DNA of 51,762 nt from an uncultured Thiotrichales bacterium (GCA_964439815.1 CAYTPO010000010.1:1-51762), one strand, 5' to 3'. Numbered from the stretch's first letter, positions 28,027-37,125 are shown. Made by a program: numbers and translations. The notes: generated by a model not told the origin, from the letters alone.

Positions 28027-29338
28027 TTCACGTGCCATCGACACCAAACTGGAGGCCGCGCGAACCCGGTTGATCCTGGACAAGCCATTCCTCGGCGCGC
28101 TGGTGCTCCGGCTACCCATGGTGGCGGCCAATCCCGACTGGTGCAGGACTACCGCAACCGATGCGCGCAAGTTCTACTACAATGCCGCCTATGTCGATGC
28201 ACTCTCCTCGGGACAACTGCAATTCGTTCTGGCGCATGAAGCCTTGCACTGCGCCCTCTCCCACTTTGCGCGGCGAGGCCATCGCATCAGGAAACGCTGG
28301 GATGTTGCCTGTGATTACGCCATCAACCCCCTGCTGATCGACGATGGTCTGATACCGCCACCCGACTCTCTGTACCTGCAGGAATTCAAGGAGATGACCG
28401 CCGAGGAGATCTATCCCTGCATCGACGAAAGCGAACACCAGAACCCGCTGGACCATCATGTCTATGATGCCGATCACGACAATGGTGGCGGACAGCAGGA
28501 AAACGCCAGCGAAGGTGAGAGTGAGCACCAGGGGCAATCCCGACCGGATCCCTCGATGCCGTCGGACGCAGGCAGTGGTGGTACCCCGGAACAGTCTCGA
28601 GACGACTCCGATGCAGGCCACGGCATCATGGAACAATCCCGGGGATCAGGCGAAGGTGGTGACGATAATCAGGGTGCCCCACAACCCGATCCGCTTTCGC
28701 AACAGGAGATGGAAACACTTTCGACACAATGGCAGCAGCGGCTGGTGGGTGCCGCACAACAGGCCATGCAGGCTGGCAAGATGGGCGGCGCCATGGCGCG
28801 AATGATCGACTTCATGATCCAGCCCAGCCTGCCGTGGCGCATGTTGCTGGCCCGGTATGTCAGCAGTATCGCCCGTGATGACTACAACTACAGTCGGCCC
28901 TCCAACCGACGCGGCGACCCGGCCATCTTTCCCAGCCTGCGCAGCGCCCAGTTGAACATGGCAGTTGCCATCGACGTCAGTGGTTCCGTCAACGACCGGG
29001 AAATTGGCGAATTCCTCTCGGAAATCAACGCCATCAAATCCCAGATACGCTCCAGGGTCACGCTGATGGCCTGCGACACCAATTTGACCAGCGGCAGCCC
29101 ATGGATCTACGAGCCGTGGGAAGAGCTGACGCTTCCGGAGAAAATCAAGGGCGGTGGCGGCACCAGCTTTGTCCCGCCTATCGAGCATCTGAACAGTAGT
29201 GACAGGCAGCCGGACATTCTGGTCTACTTCACCGACGCGCGGGGGGAGTTTCCTGCCAGCGAACCCCATTTTCCGGTGATCTGGCTGGTCAAGGGTCGAG
29301 GGAAGGTGCCGTGGGGGCAGCGGATCCAGCTCAATTAG
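28019..29338 (+). CDS. putative metallopeptidase (DUF2201_N-like, HExxH) fused to a VWA domain through an acidic low-complexity linker
   Basis: HEALHCALSH motif, about 100 aa of D/E/G/S/Q-rich linker, and a MIDAS-like AIDVSGSV in the C-terminal domain. Overlaps the ATPase gene by 8 nt. Confidence 0.7.
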   Translation: MTDSRAIDTKLEAARTRLILDKPFLGALVLRLPMVAANPDWCRTTATDARKFYYNAAYVDALSSGQLQFVLAHEALHCALSHFARRGHRIRKRWDVACDYAINPLLIDDGLIPPPDSLYLQEFKEMTAEEIYPCIDESEHQNPLDHHVYDADHDNGGGQQENASEGESEHQGQSRPDPSMPSDAGSGGTPEQSRDDSDAGHGIMEQSRGSGEGGDDNQGAPQPDPLSQQEMETLSTQWQQRLVGAAQQAMQAGKMGGAMARMIDFMIQPSLPWRMLLARYVSSIARDDYNYSRPSNRRGDPAIFPSLRSAQLNMAVAIDVSGSVNDREIGEFLSEINAIKSQIRSRVTLMACDTNLTSGSPWIYEPWEELTLPEKIKGGGGTSFVPPIEHLNSSDRQPDILVYFTDARGEFPASEPHFPVIWLVKGRGKVPWGQRIQLN

Positions 29339-30056
29339 CGGCGGTATGCTTTGCCACCAGCGGCTTCAACGCGCTGATCCACACCGCATTGCCGACAGAG
29401 CTCAAATGCAAACCATCACCATCCTGATACTGCATTGACAGGTTGCCGCTCTCATCCCGCAACTGTCCGTTGATATCGAGGAAAGTGCAGCGCGGCGTTG
29501 CCTTGCATAGCGCCTCAAGCCCGACATTCAGTGCTGCAATCCGGGCATTCCGGCCTGCAAAGGCAGGCTCTACTCGCTCATCGACCGGAAAGACCGCCAT
29601 CATGACCAATGGCACATCAGCAGGCAAGGACCGCACAATAGACTGGAAATTATCCACGATCTCATCATTGGCATGGCGCCACATATCATTGAAACCTGCG
29701 GCCAGCACAATGCTGCTGGCCGTCTGCAGCGACGGATACTGCGGAATTCTCTGCAATATTCCCAGCGTGGTATCTCCACCAATACCGAAATTGACGGCCG
29801 GACTGGCCACTGCGGATACGCAGAGTCCCTGAATGAAGCTGTCACCAATAAACTGCACCGATCTCTCTGGTGCATTGCCGCTGACACGACGATGGTATTT
29901 GACGATTCGGTGATAGAACGGTGTCAGCTCAACCTGCTCGTCTGAGGTCAGCCCCAGTCGCTGCCGGAGTCGCTGCTGCGTATCCGGGGAGGCCACCAGT
30001 ACCGCCAGGAACAGGGTCATGCCCAACAGGGCGGAGATGATAATCTTGCTGTTCAC
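29331..30056 (-). CDS. SGNH/GDSL-family hydrolase with an N-terminal signal/anchor
   Basis: Block I FIGDSF, block II GIGGDTT, block III AAGFNDM, block V DGDGLHLS. Confidence 0.7.
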   Translation of the reverse strand: MNSKIIISALLGMTLFLAVLVASPDTQQRLRQRLGLTSDEQVELTPFYHRIVKYHRRVSGNAPERSVQFIGDSFIQGLCVSAVASPAVNFGIGGDTTLGILQRIPQYPSLQTASSIVLAAGFNDMWRHANDEIVDNFQSIVRSLPADVPLVMMAVFPVDERVEPAFAGRNARIAALNVGLEALCKATPRCTFLDINGQLRDESGNLSMQYQDGDGLHLSSVGNAVWISALKPLVAKHTAAN

Positions 30057-30121
30057 TATGGTTCCAGATCGGGAAAACCATCATCTTAAGGCGCTCTCCT
30101 AAGCGGACGGCAAGAAGTACT

Positions 30122-30520
30122 TCACAGTTCCCGAGGTTGGGCCGCATCCACATAGACCCACCTTCCCCCGGCCCGTCTGAAACGACTGCTCTCTTGCATG
30201 AGCCGCATCTGCCCTTCCTGCAGATAGCGCGCCACGAACTCGACCAGCCCGACCTGGTCCTCCTCACCACCTTTCTCGACACGCACTATTTCCAGTCCGA
30301 CCCACTGTATTGGCGGCATCGACCTGAGGCTTTGCAATGCTGGCCGGGTCGCCTCATCCCAACTCCTGTAGAGATATTTGGCATCCCCCAGCACATACGC
30401 GCAATAGCGGGAGCGCATCAGCGCTTCAGCAGTCGATGCCACAGTCTTGCGTTGATGCAGCGGTGCGCAACATTCACCATACGGCTTGCCGCTGCCACAG
30501 GGGCAGTTATCGCGATGCAT
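30122..30520 (-). CDS. YchJ-family (UPF0225) SEC-C motif protein
   Basis: MHRDNCPCGSGKPYGECCAP followed by an NTF2-like body. The track ORF starts 10 codons earlier. Confidence 0.7.
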   Translation of the reverse strand: MHRDNCPCGSGKPYGECCAPLHQRKTVASTAEALMRSRYCAYVLGDAKYLYRSWDEATRPALQSLRSMPPIQWVGLEIVRVEKGGEEDQVGLVEFVARYLQEGQMRLMQESSRFRRAGGRWVYVDAAQPREL

Positions 30521-30607
30521 CACTCCCACCTCCACACCCATTGATAACACTATCCATCCATACCCCCATCATGACAAAATACCCGGCCGGTCCCAACAGG
30601 TAAGCTA

Positions 30608-31729
30608 ATGGAACTTTCCAACGAAGACAATCTGCGCCTCAATGTACTGCTCCGACAGAACCTGAAGGCTGTCAGGGTCGATGAGTCGCGCATGATCGTC
30701 TACGGGCTGACCGACAAGGGGGAAGCCAAAATCCAGCTCAACCCGACCTGCAAGGAAGAGCCCTATCTGCGCCTGGTGCGTGAAGTGTTCTCCACCTATA
30801 TTCTCGGCTCGCCGGGTGGCTACCCGGTCTATATCCGGCGCTGGACACGAATGGGTCAGGCGCGTGATGAAGACAGCCTGGAAAATCTGCTGCTGCTTGG
30901 AGAGCCCGAAGCCGTCACCGCCGTGGTTCATGCCCCCGAGCTGTCACCCGAAATTGCCGCCAACGCCTGGTGGGCCTACCCCTCTACAGAAAACGCCCGC
31001 CAGTTGCTGGCAACACCCGCCATTGCCAACAGCCACCTCGGGCCAGAGCTTGCACAGTACCTGCTGGAATTCCTTCCTTTTGAAGAGGAGGCCCAGGCAC
31101 AGATCGACAGCATCAGACTGATCCTGCAACCCGGTCTGATCGATGATGCTACGGTGACCAAACTGTGGAAAAATGCCAGACGCAAGCAGAACTATTATAT
31201 CGGCTTCCTGCACACCCGGCCTCACACCCTGCCGGATGCCGATACACCGCATCCGCTGTTTCAGGAAGTCGCCGGGTCACTGGACGCGCTGGCAATAGAA
31301 CATGCCTGCGCAAGACAATTGCAGCACTGTCTCGGAGCATCCGGTCAGCGTTTTCTCAAGACCGCTGAAAGCGTCATCAACAAGGCCTCCAACCAGGATA
31401 CTGTGGTGGAATTGATGACTGCCATCAGCCACTATCATGCCAATATCCGTCCCGATGATGAGCGCTACCGCCGGATCGAGGCCATTACCGAACGCACTCA
31501 GTCCAGCGATATCGACGTATTCATCGCACCTGTCATCGAGCAGTTGCCCATGCTTGAACCACAGCTCCGTGCCATGATCGGGCTATCACTGGTCAGCGAA
31601 TATCTGGTTGCGCCGGTATTCGGACGTACTGACGCCATCGGTACTGTCATGCGCCGCAAACTGGAACCCGTCACCACCCCGCTGTTGTCGATTATGCAAA
31701 CCCTAAACCCTACGATTGCTGTAAAATAA
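30608..31729 (+). CDS. dsrS: probable DsrS-like cytoplasmic protein (373 aa)
   Basis: No catalytic motif. The call rests on size (about 41 kDa, as reported for Allochromatium vinosum DsrS), soluble character and position next to cysG and the dsr locus. My recollection of DsrS N-termini (M.LS.ED.LRLNVLL) is from memory only. Confidence 0.45.
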   Translation: MELSNEDNLRLNVLLRQNLKAVRVDESRMIVYGLTDKGEAKIQLNPTCKEEPYLRLVREVFSTYILGSPGGYPVYIRRWTRMGQARDEDSLENLLLLGEPEAVTAVVHAPELSPEIAANAWWAYPSTENARQLLATPAIANSHLGPELAQYLLEFLPFEEEAQAQIDSIRLILQPGLIDDATVTKLWKNARRKQNYYIGFLHTRPHTLPDADTPHPLFQEVAGSLDALAIEHACARQLQHCLGASGQRFLKTAESVINKASNQDTVVELMTAISHYHANIRPDDERYRRIEAITERTQSSDIDVFIAPVIEQLPMLEPQLRAMIGLSLVSEYLVAPVFGRTDAIGTVMRRKLEPVTTPLLSIMQTLNPTIAVK

Positions 31730-31822
31730 GGCCGCCATGACCAAGCCGTGCCAAGCTCGGCCCGTTTGAGCGCATGATTACCGCAATGAATATCAATTCA
31801 CCCGGATTTTGAGGAAACTATA

Positions 31823-33232
31823 GTGGATTTTCTGCCAACCTTTATGAATATCCGCAACCGCGACTGCCTGCTCGTTGGCGGGGGCTCAGTTGCAGCGCGC
31901 AAGGCTTCACTGATCAGGGCTGCCGGCGGCAATGTCGTGATCGTGGCCCCCTCAGTTTGCGAGGAGATCCGCAGCCTGGTCGAGCAGGGAGATTACACCC
32001 TCATCGAGCGCCACTTTGAAGCGGATGACCTCGACAACAAGGTAATCATCATCGCCGCCACCAACGACGAAGAGGTCAACGAAACCGTCTCCCGACTGGC
32101 ACAGGCACGCAACCTGCCCGTCAATGTAGTGGACAATCCGGCCCTTTGCAGCTTCATCATGCCATCGATCATTGATCGCTCACCGGTGCAAATCGCCATT
32201 TCCACCGGCGGCGCCTCTCCGGTGCTGGCACGCATGCTGCGTACCCAGCTGGAAGGCACTATTCCCAACGCCTACGGCAAGCTCGCCGCACTGGTGGAAA
32301 GCTTCCGCGAAGAGGCCAAGGCGGCACTACCCACCGTGGAACAGCGCAAGAACTTCTGGGAAGAGATTCTCGAAGGACCCGTTGCCGAACTCACCTTCAA
32401 CGGCAAGGAAGAGGCAGCTCGTGAACGACTCAGCGAGGCACTGGCGGAAGCCAGCAACAGGCAGGATGACCTTGTCGGTGAGGTCTTTCTGGTTGGCGCC
32501 GGCCCTGGCGACCCGGATCTGCTGACCTTCCGGGCCTTGCGACTGATGCAGAAGGCTGATGTGGTTGTCTATGACCGCCTGGTGTCGAAACCCATCATGG
32601 AGCTGGTTCGTCGGGATGCCGAGAAGATCTATGTCGGCAAGGCCATGGCCAATCACGCGGTTCCCCAGGAGGGTATCAATGAAATCCTGGTGAAACTCGC
32701 CAAACAGGGCAAGCGTGTGCTGCGTCTGAAAGGGGGTGATCCTTTCATCTTCGGACGTGGTGGCGAGGAAATCTCGGAGCTGATGGAAAACGGCGTCGGT
32801 TTTCAGGTAGTCCCCGGCATTACCGCCGCTGCCGGTTGCGCCGCCTATGCCGGAATCCCACTGACCCACCGGGATTATTCCCAGTCGGTCACCTTTGTCA
32901 CCGGCCACCGCAAGGCCGATGGTGACACGCTGAACTGGCCGGCTCTGGCCGCACCCCAGCAGACGGTCGTCTTCTACATGGGCCTGCACTGCGTCAATAC
33001 ACTCTGCGAGCAGTTGATAGCTCATGGCCGGGCCGCCAGCACACCGGCTGCCCTGGTGGAAAAAGGTACCCAACCAGATCAGAAGGTTTATCTGGGCGAG
33101 CTTGGCACCCTACCGGAGCTGGTCAAGCAACAGGACGTCAAGCCCCCCACTCTGATCATCGTGGGTGAGGTCGTTGAGATGCATAAGAAGCTTCAATGGT
33201 TCATACCCAGCGAAAACTTCAATGCTGATTGA
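31823..33232 (+). CDS. cysG: siroheme synthase CysG (precorrin-2 dehydrogenase/ferrochelatase + uroporphyrinogen-III C-methyltransferase)
   Basis: N-terminal Rossmann motif CLLVGGGSVAARK and C-terminal methylase VFLVGAGPGDPDLLT...RLKGGDPFIFGRGGEE. GTG start. Confidence 0.9.
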   Translation: MDFLPTFMNIRNRDCLLVGGGSVAARKASLIRAAGGNVVIVAPSVCEEIRSLVEQGDYTLIERHFEADDLDNKVIIIAATNDEEVNETVSRLAQARNLPVNVVDNPALCSFIMPSIIDRSPVQIAISTGGASPVLARMLRTQLEGTIPNAYGKLAALVESFREEAKAALPTVEQRKNFWEEILEGPVAELTFNGKEEAARERLSEALAEASNRQDDLVGEVFLVGAGPGDPDLLTFRALRLMQKADVVVYDRLVSKPIMELVRRDAEKIYVGKAMANHAVPQEGINEILVKLAKQGKRVLRLKGGDPFIFGRGGEEISELMENGVGFQVVPGITAAAGCAAYAGIPLTHRDYSQSVTFVTGHRKADGDTLNWPALAAPQQTVVFYMGLHCVNTLCEQLIAHGRAASTPAALVEKGTQPDQKVYLGELGTLPELVKQQDVKPPTLIIVGEVVEMHKKLQWFIPSENFNAD

Positions 33233-33247
33233 GAAGGTAGAATAGCA

Positions 33248-33574
33248 ATGGAACAATTTCAGACTGGCAGCAGTTGCAGTAACGCCGATCCCTTTGCACT
33301 ACAGGTGCTGGGCAACAGCATGGAACCCGAATTTCCGGATCAGTGCATTGTGATCATCGACCCTGCCGGCGTCGTGTCGGATGGCTCCTATGTCTTTGCA
33401 ACCTATAATGGCGAGTATATTTTCCGGCGCCTGAAAATCGAGAATGGCGAGTACTTTCTGGTTCCTGAAAATGACAAGTACGAAACCCTGAGCATTCCGG
33501 GTATCGAAGCCGTGCATGGCAAGATCATTCAGCGAGCAGGAACAAGGCGCAAGGATCGCAAGCGCTACGAATAA
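33248..33574 (+). CDS. stand-alone S24 (LexA/UmuD-type) peptidase-fold protein, 108 aa, no DNA-binding domain
   Basis: GNSMEP nucleophile motif. YIFRRLKIENGEYFLVPEN aligns by eye with LexA VTVKRLKKQGNKVELLPEN. Starts 15 nt after cysG. Confidence 0.6.
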   Translation: MEQFQTGSSCSNADPFALQVLGNSMEPEFPDQCIVIIDPAGVVSDGSYVFATYNGEYIFRRLKIENGEYFLVPENDKYETLSIPGIEAVHGKIIQRAGTRRKDRKRYE

Positions 33575-34086
33575 TCCAGCGCATCGGCAATGGCTCGCCA
33601 GGCCAGCAGTTTTGCTTCGAATGTCAGCGCTGCATAAGCAGGGCTGGTTGATGGCAGACGGCAATATACCAGCTGCGGAAACGCTTCTCCCATGGCAGGC
33701 AATACCTGTCGGTTGAATACGTCTTCCGCCTTTGCACCATTGAAAAACACATGTGACAACCTGGCATGGTGATGGAAGAACTGCCGGAAATCATTGGGCT
33801 CCAGCGTTGCCGGCTTGATGGCCGAATCCAGACTCCCCTCGCGCTCGCAGCGATTGATGACATCCCATAATGCAACCCCCTTGTCCGCCAGCCTCCTGCA
33901 TCGCTCGGCATAGTCCATATCGGCAGGTATCGAAAACAGTTGCTCCATGATGGGCCAGAATGCATTGCGCGGGTGGGCATAATACTGCTGCGCCTGAAGC
34001 GACTTCATTCCCGGCATCGAACCGAGAACGAGCAACCGCGCCCCAACGCTTGCGATGGGGGGAAAGGCAACCAGTTTTTCAGGCAC
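33565..34086 (-). CDS. uracil-DNA glycosylase superfamily protein (DNA-deoxyinosine/hypoxanthine glycosylase-like)
   Basis: LLVLGSMPGMKSL and YYAHPRNAFWPIM blocks. Confidence 0.6.
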   Translation of the reverse strand: MPEKLVAFPPIASVGARLLVLGSMPGMKSLQAQQYYAHPRNAFWPIMEQLFSIPADMDYAERCRRLADKGVALWDVINRCEREGSLDSAIKPATLEPNDFRQFFHHHARLSHVFFNGAKAEDVFNRQVLPAMGEAFPQLVYCRLPSTSPAYAALTFEAKLLAWRAIADALDYS

Positions 34087-34567
34087 TGGCCAGTTTTTTA
34101 CGGCGGGCAGGATCTATCTGATCATCTCTCAGTTTGGTGGCAAAGAACTCGTCGGCTTCATCGATATCGACAGGCTCTCCCGCCGCATTGACCAGGGGCT
34201 GCTCGTAATCATTCCAGCCGCGCAGCCCGGTCTTCAACGAGATGGGATTCCGGTATCCCATCAGCTTCATATTATAGGCAGCAAGAACGCTACGGTGCCC
34301 CGAGCGACAGACGATAATGACATCCCGATCCCTCGCCTCGACCAGCTCAGGCACCGTTTCATCATAATCCCACTCACATGCCGACTCCAATATGCCGCGG
34401 GGTACCAGGATCGAGTCTTCAATTCTTGCAAATTCCCATTCATCGGGCTCGCGAACATCGACAATGAACGGCTCCGCGCCACTTTCATACAGGTCAACCA
34501 GATCCCATGGAAGAATCTCGTTGATATGCTGACTCAGTTCTTCCACCAACTGATAATATCTTTTCAT
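34079..34567 (-). CDS. cytoplasmic single-domain rhodanese
   Basis: FIVDVREPDEWE and active-site loop VCRSGHRS. Start taken at MKRYYQL (complement of 34565-34567). Overlaps the glycosylase gene by 8 nt. Confidence 0.75.
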   Translation of the reverse strand: MKRYYQLVEELSQHINEILPWDLVDLYESGAEPFIVDVREPDEWEFARIEDSILVPRGILESACEWDYDETVPELVEARDRDVIIVCRSGHRSVLAAYNMKLMGYRNPISLKTGLRGWNDYEQPLVNAAGEPVDIDEADEFFATKLRDDQIDPARRKKLASA

Positions 34568-34776
34568 TCTTTTACTCTCATATGTCAGGGATAGAGGCCC
34601 GCAATCCACCTCCGGACTGGCGCCCGCCCACGGATCTCAATTCGGGAAATTGGTGTGTCAGGTAAGCTTTGTAGCTACCCGACCACGTTGCTCACACTAT
34701 AAACATGCCAACTGGGGGAGTTGAATGCCAATCATCAATCACAATGGATCGCCACCTATTCGCCAGGCAAAGGCCG

Positions 34777-35451
34777 TCAATCGAAACCGCTGCTGGCGGA
34801 GTTTGCCCGAAATCCATGCTCCACGGCAATGACCGCAGCTTCTACCCGGGAATGGACGTCCAGTTTTCTCAGTATCGCCTTTACGTGCAATTTGACGGTA
34901 CCGTCGGAAATACCAAGCTCTCGCGCAATCAGCTTGTTGCTCAGTCCTTCCGCCAACAGCCCGAGGATCTCGGTTTCACGCGGCGTGAGACTGTTGATCG
35001 GCTTTGCCTCATCCGGCTTTACAGACTCGCCCTGCACAACCTTCGCCAGTACCGAGGTCAATGTGGGCGCAACCACCGTCTTTCCAGCCACGATATCCAG
35101 TAGCGCAACGACGAGATCATCCGGTTCCATATCCTTGAGCAGATAGCCCTGTGCACCATTTCGCAGTGCCTCAACCAAGTCTTTCTCACTGCTGCTGGTG
35201 GTCAAAATCGACACTGGCATCTTCAGCCCGTTCTGCCTAAGTCGCCGCAATACCATCAATCCATCGAGCTCTGGCATTCTCATGTCGAGCAGTATCACGT
35301 CCGGCTTGAGTTCATTCGCCACCTTGATGCCTTCCTTGCCGTCGCCGATCGATGCAATCACCTTGATTCCGCGATGCTCAAGCAATCCCTGCAGGCCTTC
35401 GCGGAACAGCGTGTGGTCATCCAGAATCAGAACTCGTAATGGTTTATTCAT
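34777..35451 (-). CDS. NarL/LuxR-family response regulator
   Basis: REC domain (VLILDDH...DVILLDMRMP) plus LuxR HTH (LTPRETEILGLLAEGLSNKLIARELGISDGTVKLHVKAILRKL). Confidence 0.9.
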   Translation of the reverse strand: MNKPLRVLILDDHTLFREGLQGLLEHRGIKVIASIGDGKEGIKVANELKPDVILLDMRMPELDGLMVLRRLRQNGLKMPVSILTTSSSEKDLVEALRNGAQGYLLKDMEPDDLVVALLDIVAGKTVVAPTLTSVLAKVVQGESVKPDEAKPINSLTPRETEILGLLAEGLSNKLIARELGISDGTVKLHVKAILRKLDVHSRVEAAVIAVEHGFRANSASSGFD

Positions 35452-35463
35452 TCAATTAGGCCT

Positions 35464-36747
35464 TCAAGGCTTGACGTCTACCGGAAGTTTTTCGACAGGC
35501 AGATGGAATTTCAGGATCACCCGCGTACCCTCACCAGGATCACTCTCGATGACCAGATCACCGCCGATTCTCTTGGCCCGATCCTTCATGATACTCAGGC
35601 CGATATGGTCACCCGGGTTGATGTTTTTTCCGGTAACGGCACTCAGGCCCACACCGTCATCCTCGATGAGGATGCGGTAATCGCCATCCATTCGCCCCCG
35701 TAACAGGACGCGCACGGTTTTAGCCTGACTGTGCTTGGCGATGTTGGCAAGCGATTCCTGCACAATCCTGACAATTTGCAGTTCATACTCGGCTGGCAAC
35801 TTGCGCTCGGGCCAGTCTTTCTGAAAAAAGATCTGGATATCGCAGCGGCGACGGAAACGCACGACAGCCCGCTCCACCCCGGAGATGACACCCTGGGAAT
35901 CCAGAGGAGCCCGGAAATGGGCGATCAGCTCCCGCAGTTCGGCGTTGGCTTCATCGAGGCTGTTTTCGATCTTTTCCAGCACTTGCCACAAAAAGGCCTC
36001 ATTGCCTTCATGCAGGGTTTCATCCAGCACTCTGACCTGAAAACGGACACTGGCAAGCGTCTGTGCCAGGGAGTCATGCAGTTCATTAGCCAGGCGGGAA
36101 CGTTCTTCCATCAGCGACAGGCGATGCGTCTCCTCGTCCAGCCGTGCCTTGACGATCGCCATCCCGAGGAACCGGCCAATGCTGGTAAATAACTCCTCAT
36201 ATTGCTGAAACTCATCACACATGGAAGCGTCGACATACAAGTTGTAGACGCCAAGGTGATTCGAGCGATGCCGCAGGGGAACCACGATCAGGGAGACCCT
36301 GGTCGAATCCACCTCGAAGAAATCGCGGCCTATCGATTTGGCACAACCCGTTATATTCTGCAAAAAGGAGACCTTTTCCGGTTCCTCGACGGTACCACAG
36401 GCACAAACGAGGGACGGCATGACCTTCTCCTTCGCCACCAGATCATCATCCAGCCCCACACTGGCCACCAGATGTAGGTCGCCATCGGCACCCACCAACC
36501 GGACCGCCCCGGCACGAGCGCCCACAATATCCGTGAGGGTGTGCAGAAATCGCATCAGCACCTCATTGACGTCGTGGGTAATATTGATGCTCGCTGCAAC
36601 ATCGTACAGTACACCGAGCATGGAAACGCAGCCGCCACCCTGCATGAAGGCATTGTTTCTGCTGGGAACGGAGCGAGGAACATTGTCCTTGTCGAGCTCC
36701 ATGTGACGCAGGCTGACCACATCCTCCTCTTTTGGTGAGTCTGTCAT
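35464..36747 (-). CDS. cytoplasmic GAF-domain sensor histidine kinase (HisKA_3/HATPase_c, NarX-type transmitter)
   Basis: No TM segments. GAF-like N-terminal half with 5 Cys. H-box ELHDSLAQTL. N and G boxes ESLANIAKHS and DDGVG...GLSIMKDRA. Confidence 0.85.
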   Translation of the reverse strand: MTDSPKEEDVVSLRHMELDKDNVPRSVPSRNNAFMQGGGCVSMLGVLYDVAASINITHDVNEVLMRFLHTLTDIVGARAGAVRLVGADGDLHLVASVGLDDDLVAKEKVMPSLVCACGTVEEPEKVSFLQNITGCAKSIGRDFFEVDSTRVSLIVVPLRHRSNHLGVYNLYVDASMCDEFQQYEELFTSIGRFLGMAIVKARLDEETHRLSLMEERSRLANELHDSLAQTLASVRFQVRVLDETLHEGNEAFLWQVLEKIENSLDEANAELRELIAHFRAPLDSQGVISGVERAVVRFRRRCDIQIFFQKDWPERKLPAEYELQIVRIVQESLANIAKHSQAKTVRVLLRGRMDGDYRILIEDDGVGLSAVTGKNINPGDHIGLSIMKDRAKRIGGDLVIESDPGEGTRVILKFHLPVEKLPVDVKP

Positions 36748-36758
36748 CGAATCAGACG

Positions 36759-37073
36759 CTACGCTGATGGCGGAACATAAGAGGGGTCATTTGGATTCAG
36801 GAAGATAAACTGCGGGTCACCTTCCTTTTCGATCCGGTCAAATTCGATTGTCATGCCGTCAAGCAATTCGGCCATATCACCTGCGTACATGACCTTGATG
36901 CCATACGCTTCAGTGACGATATCGTCGGATTTCAATTCGTCGAATCCCATGGCATATTTGAAGCTGCCGTCGGGATTTTTCATTGCCGCTATTCGCAGGC
37001 CCAGGTTGTTCGCATCCCCTGATTCCATGGAAGCCTTGATCTGCTTGCCAGCATTCTCTGTAACCTTGATCAT
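36759..37073 (-). CDS. dsrR: DsrR, IscA-like protein lacking all Cys
   Basis: IscA/HesB fold signature (MIKVTENAGKQIK...GLRIAAM...GF.Y.MGFD) with zero cysteines in 104 aa. Position after dsrN. Confidence 0.75.
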   Translation of the reverse strand: MIKVTENAGKQIKASMESGDANNLGLRIAAMKNPDGSFKYAMGFDELKSDDIVTEAYGIKVMYAGDMAELLDGMTIEFDRIEKEGDPQFIFLNPNDPSYVPPSA

Positions 37074-37107
37074 CGAGTGTTATCCTCCGTCTCCAGCCTG
37101 TTGTCAC

Positions 37108-37125
37108 TTAAACCTCGGATTCAGG
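37108..37125 (-). repeat. copy 2 of the exact 18-nt non-coding repeat (plus strand TTAAACCTCGGATTCAGG)
   Basis: See the copy at 1050-1067. Here it forms a hairpin TTAAACCT-CGGATTC-AGGTTCAA in the dsrN-dsrR spacer. Confidence 0.6.
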
